A stretch of DNA of 64,000 nucleotides from an uncultured delta proteobacterium (GTDB lineage Bacteria > Desulfobacterota > Binatia > Binatales > Binataceae): NCBI GenBank assembly GCA_963711565.1, contig CAVQEQ010000004.1:384001-448000 (forward strand). The letters run 5' to 3'. Shown in pieces: positions 28,240 to 38,740 of the stretch. Position numbers and translations under genes: made by a program. Positions within the stretch are counted from its first letter, which is position 1, and each line of letters begins with the position of its first letter. The notes under the pieces were generated by a model that did no database searches, was not told where the DNA came from, and was given only the letters and a program-made list of their open reading frames with translations.

Positions 28240-30717
28240 TTACGACAAGTTCGTCGAAACAGTCGTATCGTCTTCTTCCCCCGGCGGCGGCATCGGCACC
28301 TTCGGTTCCGGCTCGCGCAGGAACGCCATGTCGCTGTCGCCCTTGCCCACCTTGAAGAACGTATCCGGATCGGTCAGCACCAGCGCGTGCTTGAGCACTT
28401 CATCCATATGCTCGATCTGAATCAAGGTGATGCCCTTCATGATCTGCGGCGGGATCTCCTCGATGTCCTTGGCGTTGTCCCGTGGTATCAGGATCGTCTT
28501 GATACCGCCGCGATGCGCCGCGAGCACCTTCTCCTTGAGTCCGCCAATCGGCAGCACCCGTCCGCGCAGCGTGATCTCGCCGGTCATCGCAAGGTCGTTG
28601 CGAATCGGCGAGCGCGTGAGCGCCGAGACCAGCGCCGTCGCCAGCGTGATTCCAGCCGACGGCCCGTCCTTCGGAATCGCGCCTTCGGGAATGTGAATGT
28701 GAATGTCTATGCGATGATAGAAACCGCGATCGAGCCCGAGCACCTCGGCTCGCGAACGCACGTAGGAGAGCGCAGCCTGCGCCGATTCCTGCATCACGTC
28801 GCCGAGCTGGCCGGTGATAGTCAGCTTGCCGCGACCCGGGACGATCGTCACTTCGACGCTGAGTAGCTCGCCGCCAAGCTCCGTCCATGCCAGCCCGGTG
28901 GCGACTCCCACCTGCGGTACGGTCTCGGCCGTGCCGTAACGGAACTTCGGCACGCCGAGGTACTTGCCGAGACTCGAGCTCGAAACCTTGACGTGCGCGT
29001 TGCGATCGGTCTTGACGACTTCGACCGCGACCTTGCGGCAAATCGATGCGAGCTCGCGCTCGAGATTTCTGACGCCGGCTTCGCGCGTGTAATGGCGGAT
29101 GATGCCCTGGATTGCGCCGTCGGAGACCTCGATGTTCTCCGGCCGCAACCCGTTGGCCTCCTGCTGTTTCTTGAGCAGGTACTTTTTCGCGATGTTGAGC
29201 TTCTCCGTTTCCGTGTAGCCGGGAATCCGGATGACTTCCATCCGGTCCTGTAGCGGCCGCGGAATTCGGTCGAGCGTATTCGCCGTCGTGATAAACATCA
29301 CCTTCGACAAATCGTAATCGCAGTCGAGATAGTGATCGTTGAAGGTACAGTTCTGCTCGGGATCGAGAACTTCGAGCAGCGCCGACGACGGATCGCCGCG
29401 GAAATCGGTCGACATCTTGTCCACTTCGTCGAACAGCAGCACGGGGTTGGACGATCCCGCCTTGCGCACCGACTGGATCACTTTGCCGGGCAGCGCGCCG
29501 ATGTAGGTCCGGCGATGTCCGCGGATTTCAGCTTCGTCGCGTACGCCGCCGAGCGACACGCGGACGAATTTGCGACCAGTCGCGCGCGCCACCGACTTGC
29601 CGAGCGACGTCTTGCCGACGCCCGGAGGTCCGACCAGGCATAGGATCGGTCCCTTCATCTGGCCGACCAGCGTCTCGACCGCCAGGTATTCGAGGATGCG
29701 CTGCTTGACCTTGTCCAGCCCGTAGTGATCTTCCTCGAGTATGCGCTCGGCTTCCTTGATGTCGAGCTTGTCCTCGGTGTACTCGAACCACGGCAGCGCG
29801 AGGAACCAGTCGAGGTAGTTGCGCACGACGGTGGCCTCAGCCGACATCGGCGACATCATCTTGAGCTTCTTGATCTCGCGCTCGCACTTCTCGCGCGCCT
29901 CGGCCGGCATCTTTTTCTGCCTGAGCTTCTCTTCCAACTCCTGAATCTCGTTCTTGAATTCGTCCTTCTCGCCGAGCTCCTTCTGAATCGCGCGCATCTG
30001 CTCGTTGAGGTAGTACTCCTTGGACGTCTTCTCCATCTGCTTCTTGACGCGCGAGCGGATGCGTTTTTCGACCTCGAGGATTTCCAGCTCCGAGCGCATA
30101 TAACCGAGAATCTTTTCGAGCCGCTCCGCCGGGTTGGTCGATTCGAGCAACGCCTGCTTGTCTTCGAGCTTGATCCCCAGATGACCGACGAGCTTGTCGG
30201 CCAGGAACGCGGGATCGTCCACCGCCGCGATCGAGGTCACCATCTCGGGCGGAATCTTCTTGTTGAGCCGCGCGTAGTTGTCGAAGGTCGAGACGACCGA
30301 GCGCATCAGAGCTTCGACTTCGGTGCTGCGGTCGTTGACCTCTTCGATCTCCTCGGCCTCGACCTGGAAATATTCCTCGTCGGCGACGTAGCGGATCACG
30401 CGCGCGCGCTTCTTGCCTTCGACCAGCGCCTTGACGGTACCGTCGGGCAGGCGCAGCAACTGCACCACCACGCCGAGTGTCCCGACCGTGTAGAGGTCGC
30501 CGGGCGCGGGCTCTGCGACCTTGGGGTCCTTCTGCGTGACCAGCAGGATCGGCGTCTTCTTCGCCTCGGCGGCTTCCAGAGCCTTAATCGACTTCTGGCG
30601 GCCGACGAAGATTGGATAGACTTCATGTGGGAATACGATCAGTTCGCGCAACGGGAACAGGGGTACGACGTTCGACGTTGCATCGCGATTATCTTTTTTA
30701 TCGTTACGGAAAAGCAT
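28240..30717 (-). CDS. lon: Lon protease
   Basis: [22 protein letters not shown] and PIGGLKEK. Confidence 0.98.
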   Translation of the reverse strand: MLFRNDKKDNRDATSNVVPLFPLRELIVFPHEVYPIFVGRQKSIKALEAAEAKKTPILLVTQKDPKVAEPAPGDLYTVGTLGVVVQLLRLPDGTVKALVEGKKRARVIRYVADEEYFQVEAEEIEEVNDRSTEVEALMRSVVSTFDNYARLNKKIPPEMVTSIAAVDDPAFLADKLVGHLGIKLEDKQALLESTNPAERLEKILGYMRSELEILEVEKRIRSRVKKQMEKTSKEYYLNEQMRAIQKELGEKDEFKNEIQELEEKLRQKKMPAEAREKCEREIKKLKMMSPMSAEATVVRNYLDWFLALPWFEYTEDKLDIKEAERILEEDHYGLDKVKQRILEYLAVETLVGQMKGPILCLVGPPGVGKTSLGKSVARATGRKFVRVSLGGVRDEAEIRGHRRTYIGALPGKVIQSVRKAGSSNPVLLFDEVDKMSTDFRGDPSSALLEVLDPEQNCTFNDHYLDCDYDLSKVMFITTANTLDRIPRPLQDRMEVIRIPGYTETEKLNIAKKYLLKKQQEANGLRPENIEVSDGAIQGIIRHYTREAGVRNLERELASICRKVAVEVVKTDRNAHVKVSSSSLGKYLGVPKFRYGTAETVPQVGVATGLAWTELGGELLSVEVTIVPGRGKLTITGQLGDVMQESAQAALSYVRSRAEVLGLDRGFYHRIDIHIHIPEGAIPKDGPSAGITLATALVSALTRSPIRNDLAMTGEITLRGRVLPIGGLKEKVLAAHRGGIKTILIPRDNAKDIEEIPPQIMKGITLIQIEHMDEVLKHALVLTDPDTFFKVGKGDSDMAFLREPEPKVPMPPPGEEDDTTVSTNLS

Positions 30718-30739
30718 CTTCTACTTCGAATCTCCCGGG

Positions 30740-31990
<1,251 letters not shown>

Positions 31991-32005
31991 ACTGCCTCCC
32001 GCGGC

Positions 32006-32602
32006 TCACTTGGACGGCCTTCGGCTAACGATTACCTCATCGATCAGTCCGTATTCAACCGCTTGTGGCGGCGCCATGAAGTAGTCGCGATCGGTATCTT
32101 TTTCGATCTTACGAAGATTCTGTCCCGTATGCTTCATTATGATGTTGTTGATTTCCTCCCGCGCGTGCAAAATTTCCCTGGCGTGTATTTCGAGGTCGCT
32201 CGCCTGACCCTGCATCCCGCCCAGCGGCTGATGCAGGATGATGCGCGAATGCGGCAGCGCGTAGCGCCGGCCCTTGGCGCCCGCCAGCAACAGGATCGCG
32301 GCCATGCTGGCCGCCTGCCCGAGGCATAGCGTCGAGACGGGAGGGCGGATGAACTCCATCGTGTCGTAAATCGCCATCCCGGCCGTCACCGACCCGCCCG
32401 GTGAATTGATGTAGAAGTTGATTTCTTTTTCGGGATCTTCGGACTCGAGGAACAGGAACTGTGCGGTTATCAGGTTGGCGACATCGTCGTTGACTTCGGT
32501 GCCGAGAAAGACGATGCGGTCCTTGAGCAGGCGAGAATAGATGTCGTAGGCGCGCTCGCCGCGCCCGGTCTGTTCGACGACCATCGGTACCAGGTTGCTC
32601 AT
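32006..32602 (-). CDS. clpP: ClpP peptidase
   Basis: [22 protein letters not shown] and HQP; ATG 32602 follows GGAGG. Confidence 0.98.
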   Translation of the reverse strand: MSNLVPMVVEQTGRGERAYDIYSRLLKDRIVFLGTEVNDDVANLITAQFLFLESEDPEKEINFYINSPGGSVTAGMAIYDTMEFIRPPVSTLCLGQAASMAAILLLAGAKGRRYALPHSRIILHQPLGGMQGQASDLEIHAREILHAREEINNIIMKHTGQNLRKIEKDTDRDYFMAPPQAVEYGLIDEVIVSRRPSK

Positions 32603-32782
32603 ACCTCCAACCCGCGCCACAGCCCGGTTCCGACAACGATTAAGAGAAGGCCGCTGACGCCTTCAAATTGTAACCACTCGGAAATGGGGGAGCAACCGTG
32701 ATTGGCGCCGAACCGCGTAGCGATGATGCTACTTCGGCTCAGATGAACCCTCTTGACAGCTCGCGCGGTTCGAGATGTCCAT

Positions 32783-32882
32783 TGTCATTCTGAGCGCAGC
32801 GAAGAATCCCGGATCTTTTTCGACGCAGAGGCACTTCGACTTCGCTTAGGACTCGCGGCGCAGAGATGCTCCGGATCCGGCT
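32783..32882. repeat. Left cassette boundary: 44-bp direct-repeat copy plus about 52-bp inverted-repeat arm
   Basis: 32783-32826 matches 33853-33896 with 3 mismatches; 32831-32882 resembles the reverse complement of 33790-33842. Confidence 0.8.
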
Positions 32883-32941
32883 GTTCCGGGGTTGATCCAA
32901 TTGGTAGCGTGCCGATGGATCAGTTAGTCTCCAGCACCACA

Positions 32942-33790
32942 ATGAAGAAAGTATTGATCGTCCTTCTGACGACGATACTCGCGTTCGCGAGCGCAGCCTC
33001 CAGCGCTGAAATCGACGATCTGGCCTGGAACGAGGCCAACATCAAAACACTCCGGGCGTTGGGCCAAACAGCCGTTTTTCGCTTCGTCACCGGGGGAGAT
33101 CCAGAGGAAGGGGTCTCGAATCTAGCCGATCTCGATATGTTTAACTGGTATCCCACGGGCGATGGAAAATACGAGCTGGCGGTCGGTTGGTCGAGTGGTC
33201 CCGAGATCGCTTCTCTGACGATCTATTGGCAGGACACATCGCGGAAGATCAGGTCACAGGAATTTGACTTCCCCCCATATGGCGGGCCGCCGAATGAGGG
33301 CGAGCAATGGTACAAGAGTGGGGAATTTGCGGATCTCAACGGCGACGGTAAGGACGATCTGATCCTTTTTGACCCCATCGACCACACTGAACGCACCGGC
33401 CGAAAAATGGTCCCCAATGGGGCGTGGCCTCAGGTTTTTCAATTGCGCGGCGGACAGTACGTTGAAGCCAGCCGCGATTTCCCCAGCTTCTACGAAAAAG
33501 AGTTTTTGCCGCAACTCAACAGCGAGATAGTCAGAGCGCGCGAACGCCAGTCGCCCGAGCGATATTTGGCGGCATTGATTATGTCCAGAGACAAGGTCCT
33601 ACGATTCCTCGGCCGCGATCCTAACGCCGGACTCGCCCAGGCACGGCAATGGATGAAGAGTTCGGACCCGGTGATGGTGGACAATGCCCGGATAGTTTTC
33701 ATAGACGTCGGAGGGCATGAGGAAGACGTGCGCGAATCGAATCTCGCGCTGGATCACCTGTCAAAAAATTGGCTGAGCAAGTCTTGGTAA
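32942..33790 (+). CDS. Secreted hypothetical protein with one FG-GAP/VCBS-like motif
   Basis: MKKVLIVLL..ASSA signal peptide and DLNGDGKDDL motif; antisense to the surrounding operon. Confidence 0.75.
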   Translation: MKKVLIVLLTTILAFASAASSAEIDDLAWNEANIKTLRALGQTAVFRFVTGGDPEEGVSNLADLDMFNWYPTGDGKYELAVGWSSGPEIASLTIYWQDTSRKIRSQEFDFPPYGGPPNEGEQWYKSGEFADLNGDGKDDLILFDPIDHTERTGRKMVPNGAWPQVFQLRGGQYVEASRDFPSFYEKEFLPQLNSEIVRARERQSPERYLAALIMSRDKVLRFLGRDPNAGLAQARQWMKSSDPVMVDNARIVFIDVGGHEEDVRESNLALDHLSKNWLSKSW

Positions 33791-33896
33791 GCCGGATTTA
33801 GAGCAGTCTCGGCTCCGCGAGCCTCCAGCGAAGTCGAGGTGCCGGCCCTCCGTGTCATTCAGAGCGCAGCGAAGAATCCCGGGTCTTTCTCGACGC
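33790..33896. repeat. Right cassette boundary: inverted arm plus direct-repeat copy
   Basis: Partner sequences lie at 32783-32882. Confidence 0.8.
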
Positions 33897-33897
33897 G

Positions 33898-33964
33898 CAC
33901 GCGCTTCGGATGGTGAATCTTCATGCTTGGCGCGGCTCAAAATAAAGTCGAACGCTTTTTCGCG
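33898..33964 (-). pseudogene. Diverged duplicate of the tig 3' end
   Basis: Encodes REKAFDFILSRAKHEDSPSEAR versus tig REKALDFILSRAQREDAPAEPR (34959-35025); the match is ungapped. Confidence 0.85.
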
Positions 33965-34181
33965 AGCGGCGATTCGGGCAACCACACTCAGGCTGCTGAG
34001 TAAAAATGCTCAACGTATTGAGCAAATCATCCGCACCGTTTGGGCGGCCTGAAGGAGCCGAACACGGCGCTTCTGTTGATCGCTTCAGAGATTATATCCG
34101 TGTATAAACATATGTGCATATTATAACGAATATCGCAGTGTGATTAGTCTTTTAATGAATTTCCGCAACGGAGACTAAATA

Positions 34182-34475
34182 ATGAAGGCTCGAAAATCGC
34201 GGAGGACACCGAAACCGCCGAAAGCTTTGGCCCATCGTGCTGGCCGCAAGGTCATCGTGGAACTTCCGGCTGGTTTGTATGCGAAAACCGAGAAAGCAAT
34301 GGCGCAACTTTCAATCAACCGCAGTAACCTCATTAGGTCCGCTCTTCAGGAGTACCTCGACAAGTTGCGGAAGAAGGAACTCGAAACCGAACTGGCGGAG
34401 GGCTACATCGCGAACGGTTTCCACGCTCGCGAGACCGCCGAAGCCTTCTCTCATATCGATTTGGAACTGCTGTAG
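34182..34475 (+). CDS. RHH antitoxin (NdoAI/MazE-like)
   Basis: RHH pattern VIVELP...INRSNLIRSALQEYL and LAEGY; directly upstream of the toxin. Confidence 0.85.
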   Translation: MKARKSRRTPKPPKALAHRAGRKVIVELPAGLYAKTEKAMAQLSINRSNLIRSALQEYLDKLRKKELETELAEGYIANGFHARETAEAFSHIDLELL

Positions 34476-34478
34476 CCG

Positions 34479-34829
34479 ATGCCCGGCAAAAGCGTTAGAG
34501 GAGCGGTCGTCGAGGTCAACCTTGATCCCGTCGTCGGCAGCGAGGCCAACAAAACCCGTCCGTGCGTCGTCATCCAAAACGATGTCGGCAACAGATTCTC
34601 GCCGATCGTTATCGTGGCCGCGATAACCGGCGCCGAGAACGTCCCGAGGAAATATCCGGTTGACGTCCCCGTTCAAAAAGGCGAAGGCGGACTGGTCAAG
34701 GACAGCGTCGTGCAGTGCAACCAGATTCGGTCCGTCGATGAGAGGCGGCTGGTCCGGACACTGGGTCAGTTGCGGCCCGCGACTATGAGTAAGGTCGATC
34801 AGGCGCTCAAGATAAGTCTGGCGCTTTGA
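34479..34829 (+). CDS. mazF: PemK/MazF endoribonuclease toxin
   Basis: LDPVVGSEANKTRPCVVIQND.GN and QIRSVDERRL. Confidence 0.93.
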   Translation: MPGKSVRGAVVEVNLDPVVGSEANKTRPCVVIQNDVGNRFSPIVIVAAITGAENVPRKYPVDVPVQKGEGGLVKDSVVQCNQIRSVDERRLVRTLGQLRPATMSKVDQALKISLAL

Positions 34830-34932
34830 TCGAGCCACTCCGCTCTCATCGGCCACCGATCGTTCGCTGCTATCTGGCGAGACGAGAATCCAGGTCGAGC
34901 GCCCGCAATTGGCGCCGAGCGCGTAGCGACGG

Positions 34933-36258
34933 CTACTCCGGCTCCGACTTTGCTTCTCCACGCGGCTCAGCTGGCGCATCCTCGCGCTGGGCGCGGCTCA
35001 GAATGAAGTCGAGCGCCTTCTCCCGCCGCATCGACTGCCGCAGCGCCTCGCGGTTCTCTTCCTTGCGGTAGAACTCGGCGGCGCGGTCGCGATTGCGCCC
35101 GCTATTAGTGACGACCTGCGCGACGCGGTCGCCCAGCTCCTCGTCATTGACTTCGATTTTCTCCTGATCGGCAAGCGCGTCCACGATTAGCGCCGTGCGC
35201 GCGCGCTTTTCGGCCCGCGTCTTCAGGTCCTCGGCACTCTGCTTGACGCGCTCGCTGGCGTCCTCGTGCGTGAGACCGCCGGCTTCAAGCGTCTGATGCA
35301 GCTCGGATTCCATCGCGCTCACCTCGCGCGCTACCAGCGACTCGGGCAGCTCGACCGGATTGCGCTCGATCACAAGATCGAGCAATCCCTGGCGGACGCG
35401 CGCGTCGGCCTCCTGCTTGGCATGCGCGACCAGCTCGCTGCGAACGCGGGTGCGGAACGCCTCGAGATTCTCGTCGCCGAGATCCTTGGCGAAGTCGTCA
35501 TCGACGGTCGGCAACTCGCGCCGGTAGATCTCCTTGGGCGTCGCGCGCCATTCCACCGTCTTGCCGGCCAGCTCTTTCTGGCTGTAGTCGTTCGGGTACG
35601 TCTTCGACGAACGCATCTCTTTGTCGATCTCGGCCCCGATGAGCGCCTCGTGGACGCCGTGCGCAAGCGCGCGCTCGGAAACTTCGACCAGCCGGTCGTC
35701 GGGTTTCGTATTGGACATCGGCTTGCCGTCTTCGAACGCCTGGATCGACGCGAGCGCATAGTCGCCTTCCTCGACGATTGTGCGATCCTCGACCTTCTTG
35801 AGCGTCGCCTGGCGCATGCGAAACCGCTCGATCGCCTCTTCGACTTCCGCGTCGGTGACCTCGACCCTGGACTCGGGCACCTTGAGCCCCTCGTAATCCT
35901 TGACCTCTATAGTCGGGCGCAGGTCGAAGGTCGCGCTGAACTTGAGCGCGAGGTCTTTCTGCAGGTCGGTCTGCTCGGTGACGATTTCGGGCGCGACAAC
36001 CGGTTTCAGGTCATGCTCCTCGAGCGCCTTCTTCGTGTATTCCTCGACGAGTTTCTGCACGACCTCGCCGCGGACCTGTTCGCCGAAAAATCGTTCGAGC
36101 AGATTGCGCGGCGCATGGCCGGGGCGAAAGCCCTTGAGCACGACGCCGCGTTTGAGTTCGTTGTAGGCGCGATCCAGCTCGTGCTTGATTTCGTCGGGCT
36201 CGACTTCAATCGTAAGTTTGCGCCGGAGACTATTGGGTTCTTCGATATTTACATTCAT
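34933..36258 (-). CDS. tig: Trigger factor
   Basis: GFRPGHAP ribosome-binding motif, 441 aa, upstream of clpP. Confidence 0.95.
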   Translation of the reverse strand: MNVNIEEPNSLRRKLTIEVEPDEIKHELDRAYNELKRGVVLKGFRPGHAPRNLLERFFGEQVRGEVVQKLVEEYTKKALEEHDLKPVVAPEIVTEQTDLQKDLALKFSATFDLRPTIEVKDYEGLKVPESRVEVTDAEVEEAIERFRMRQATLKKVEDRTIVEEGDYALASIQAFEDGKPMSNTKPDDRLVEVSERALAHGVHEALIGAEIDKEMRSSKTYPNDYSQKELAGKTVEWRATPKEIYRRELPTVDDDFAKDLGDENLEAFRTRVRSELVAHAKQEADARVRQGLLDLVIERNPVELPESLVAREVSAMESELHQTLEAGGLTHEDASERVKQSAEDLKTRAEKRARTALIVDALADQEKIEVNDEELGDRVAQVVTNSGRNRDRAAEFYRKEENREALRQSMRREKALDFILSRAQREDAPAEPRGEAKSEPE

Positions 36259-36341
36259 GTGGGTTTGAACCTTCTAGATAAACATACCGCGATTGTGGGA
36301 ATCAACCGAGGAGCGGGGGAAGGGTAGATCGCTTGATTTAA

Positions 36342-36400
36342 TTTGAAACCCACGGTGGGTTTCAAACTTCCTTCGGCAGGGGTGACCCCTGCACCCAGTG
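36342..36400. repeat. Double-hairpin repeat (GCAGGGGTGACCCCTGC family)
   Basis: Reverse complement matches 48628-48683; partial copy at 43023-43046. Confidence 0.75.
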
Positions 36401-36405
36401 AATAG

Positions 36406-37203
36406 TCACGATATGCGGCGGCAGACGTGCAGGATGCTGAGATGGTGCTTGCGGATTCGGCCTCCGGGGCGCTGCGCAATCAGGCGGCGGACCTCCGCGT
36501 AGAGTTTGTCGCCCTGCCATTGCTCGAATGCGATGTGCCCCGAGTATGTGTTGAGCACGTCGATGTAGGTGTCGGCGCTGTAGTCAACCGTCCACACGTG
36601 GCGCTTGACGCCAACAACTTTGAACAGGCCGTTGCGTTTTATTTCCTCGCGCCGGTCGGGCTCCTGTTCCGGTCTTGGCGGCGGCCATTCGAGATGAGGT
36701 TCACCGATCGCCTCGTAGCATTTCTGGATCTCCGTGAAGAACGGATCGAACCCATCGGGAAACGCGTGACCGTTATCCACGATCGCGAGGACGCCTGCCC
36801 GCTTCAGCACGCGCGCAGCCTTCGCGTAGCGCACTTCGGGATCGAGCCAATGCCATGACGACGCCGCGAAGACCATGTCGAACCGCGACTCGCCCGCCTC
36901 CCACGATTCGAAAGCGGACGTGATTACCTCGACATGCGGGAACGGCTTGAGATTCCGCCGAGCGACAGCCGCGAGGTTCTCACCGAGCTCGATGCAAACG
37001 ACGCTGCACCCTCGTTGCGCGAGATGACGCGTAGCCTGTCCCGTACCGCATCCGACTTCCAACACCGCGGCGCCGCGTCCGAGACCGCCAGGGGCGAACA
37101 GGTTGTCAAAGAGCTGCTCCGGATAGTCGGGGCGAGCCTTGTCGTAAAGCTCGGCGGCCGAATCGAAGGTCCGTTTCAGCTGGTCGCGATCGGTAATGGC
37201 CAT
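36406..37203 (-). CDS. Class I SAM-dependent methyltransferase
   Basis: YDKARPDYP, VLEVGCGTGQAT and FDMVFAASSWHW. Confidence 0.9.
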   Translation of the reverse strand: MAITDRDQLKRTFDSAAELYDKARPDYPEQLFDNLFAPGGLGRGAAVLEVGCGTGQATRHLAQRGCSVVCIELGENLAAVARRNLKPFPHVEVITSAFESWEAGESRFDMVFAASSWHWLDPEVRYAKAARVLKRAGVLAIVDNGHAFPDGFDPFFTEIQKCYEAIGEPHLEWPPPRPEQEPDRREEIKRNGLFKVVGVKRHVWTVDYSADTYIDVLNTYSGHIAFEQWQGDKLYAEVRRLIAQRPGGRIRKHHLSILHVCRRIS

Positions 37204-37319
37204 GAAACTATCGATACTAACGCAGATAGCGTTTTTCCGTCATCCTCACGAAGCGAGCAACGCGAGCGGCAGGAAGCGCCCGCCCTGAACGTAGTCGAAG
37301 GGATCTCGGACAGCGGTGC

Positions 37320-37430
37320 AACAAGGCATTGATTGTGCTTCTGACGACAATCCTCGCGTTCGTCAGCGCGGTCTCCAGCGCCGAAATCGATGACTTGGCG
37401 TCGAAAAGTTTGCCGAAAAAATCTTGGTGA
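37320..37430 (+). pseudogene. Internally deleted relic of the 32942-33790 gene family
   Basis: NKALIVLLTTILAFVSAVSSAEIDDLA is fused in frame to SKSLPKKSW*, matching both termini of the full gene. Confidence 0.85.
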
Positions 37431-37563
37431 AGCGGAGCCCGGAGCGGCGCGGCGCCGCGCGCCCTAAGCGAAGGCCTGGGAATCAACCGAGTACAGCGCA
37501 ATTTAGGTCGCCCCCAGTTTTGAAATCCGAAAAGGTAGTGCTGCTAGAAAGGCTGCCAACACA

Positions 37564-37953
37564 CTAGGTGCGCAAAGTGTCGAGGAAAGCTGCTTTTGCT
37601 TTGTTGATTTTGTCTTGGGGCAAGTCTGAGAGTTCTCGTTTGTAATACAGTCGTAACAGCACAATTTCGTTTCTGGACCTGCGCCACCAATATGCCAATC
37701 GAAGCGCGCCGCGCTTCCCCATGTTCACTCCCGGCCGGCCGATCCGCCGCTTCCATGTTTCGTGGCGGTCTCTCGGATAAGGCAATCCTGCTCGAACGCG
37801 GTCTGGATTGCCCGGGTTCTCGGCCAGCGCGGCTTTGATTTCGCGGATAGTAATTTGGATTTCGTGGAGTGTCAGCGCGTCTAAACCCAGGTTGCGAAGA
37901 TCACGCTCGTATGTCGGCCCAAGCCGAACCGTTATCTCCGGCCTGTCGGTCAC
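37564..37953 (-). CDS. RelE/HigB-2-like toxin
   Basis: WKRRI...GKRGALRLAY...IVLLRLYYK.E.SDL matches the RelE/HigB-2 GKRGGxRVxY pattern. Confidence 0.75.
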   Translation of the reverse strand: MTDRPEITVRLGPTYERDLRNLGLDALTLHEIQITIREIKAALAENPGNPDRVRAGLPYPRDRHETWKRRIGRPGVNMGKRGALRLAYWWRRSRNEIVLLRLYYKRELSDLPQDKINKAKAAFLDTLRT

Positions 37954-37954
37954 C

Positions 37955-38488
37955 TTAGTTATTGCTTGCTAGTTCCGCCGCACTCTTCGCTTCAGCTAGT
38001 TCCTTGGTGAACTCCTCGCTCAGACTCTCGCCAATAATTTCACGCACCTCGTCAATCTGTGACTCGATTTTCTCAACGTCCAGCCACACACGCATCGGAA
38101 AATCTTTCACGTACCGATGTAGCGCACCTTTCATAATAGGCTTCGCCGCATCGAACAGAAGTTGCATCCGCTCAGCATGAACTGTCAGTACGGCGAACGC
38201 TTGTTGTAGCTGTTCATCGGTGTCGTTTTTTGGTTCGGCTAATTCCTCAGTGTCCAAAAGCATATGACATGAGTCGAGGATCCTCTGGCAGCCAGCTTTC
38301 ACCTCAAGCAATTTTGCTCGAAGTTCACGAGATAACCGTTTCAGGGAAATCCCGTTCTTCGGAGCGATTTCTAGCAGCGCCCGGACCGCTCCAAGAGATT
38401 CCGCGAATTGAAAGTTGCCTGTGAATGCGAGACCCATTTGCTTATAGATTGCCATTAGAGCACCGACGAAATCCATCGACAAGCACAT
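37955..38488 (-). CDS. Hypothetical helical protein, putative antitoxin
   Basis: Stop lies 1 nt before the toxin start; acidic C-terminus; lower GC. Start uncertain. Confidence 0.55.
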   Translation of the reverse strand: MCLSMDFVGALMAIYKQMGLAFTGNFQFAESLGAVRALLEIAPKNGISLKRLSRELRAKLLEVKAGCQRILDSCHMLLDTEELAEPKNDTDEQLQQAFAVLTVHAERMQLLFDAAKPIMKGALHRYVKDFPMRVWLDVEKIESQIDEVREIIGESLSEEFTKELAEAKSAAELASNN

Positions 38489-38518
38489 GTCTTGTCGTTT
38501 GCCATAGCAATTCGCACG

Positions 38519-38687
38519 AGATACCCACAGGGGAATCGCCCGGCTACCAATCGTCGCGATTGAATTGCGCTCAGAATGACAAAGCGAGCGTTTCCGCCGA
38601 TATGGACTTCGCTTTCAGGAAAACCTAGACTGCGCCAGATACCCAGAGGGTGATCGCCCGGCTATTATCGGCGCGATTGAATTGCGC
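38519..38687. repeat. Imperfect direct repeat of about 52 bp upstream of hppA
   Basis: AGATACCCA.AGGG..ATCGCCCGGCTA..ATCG.CGCGATTGAATTGCGC at 38519-38570 and 38637-38687. Confidence 0.8.
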
Positions 38688-38740
38688 AGCGGGCGCCCCT
38701 TGATCAAACCTCGAATCTTTCAGGAGTCTCGATTTAACCG

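Noticed and set aside
32753-32941. N-terminal extension of the 345-aa ORF
   Set aside because: It is translated repeat sequence; the signal peptide begins at ATG 32942.
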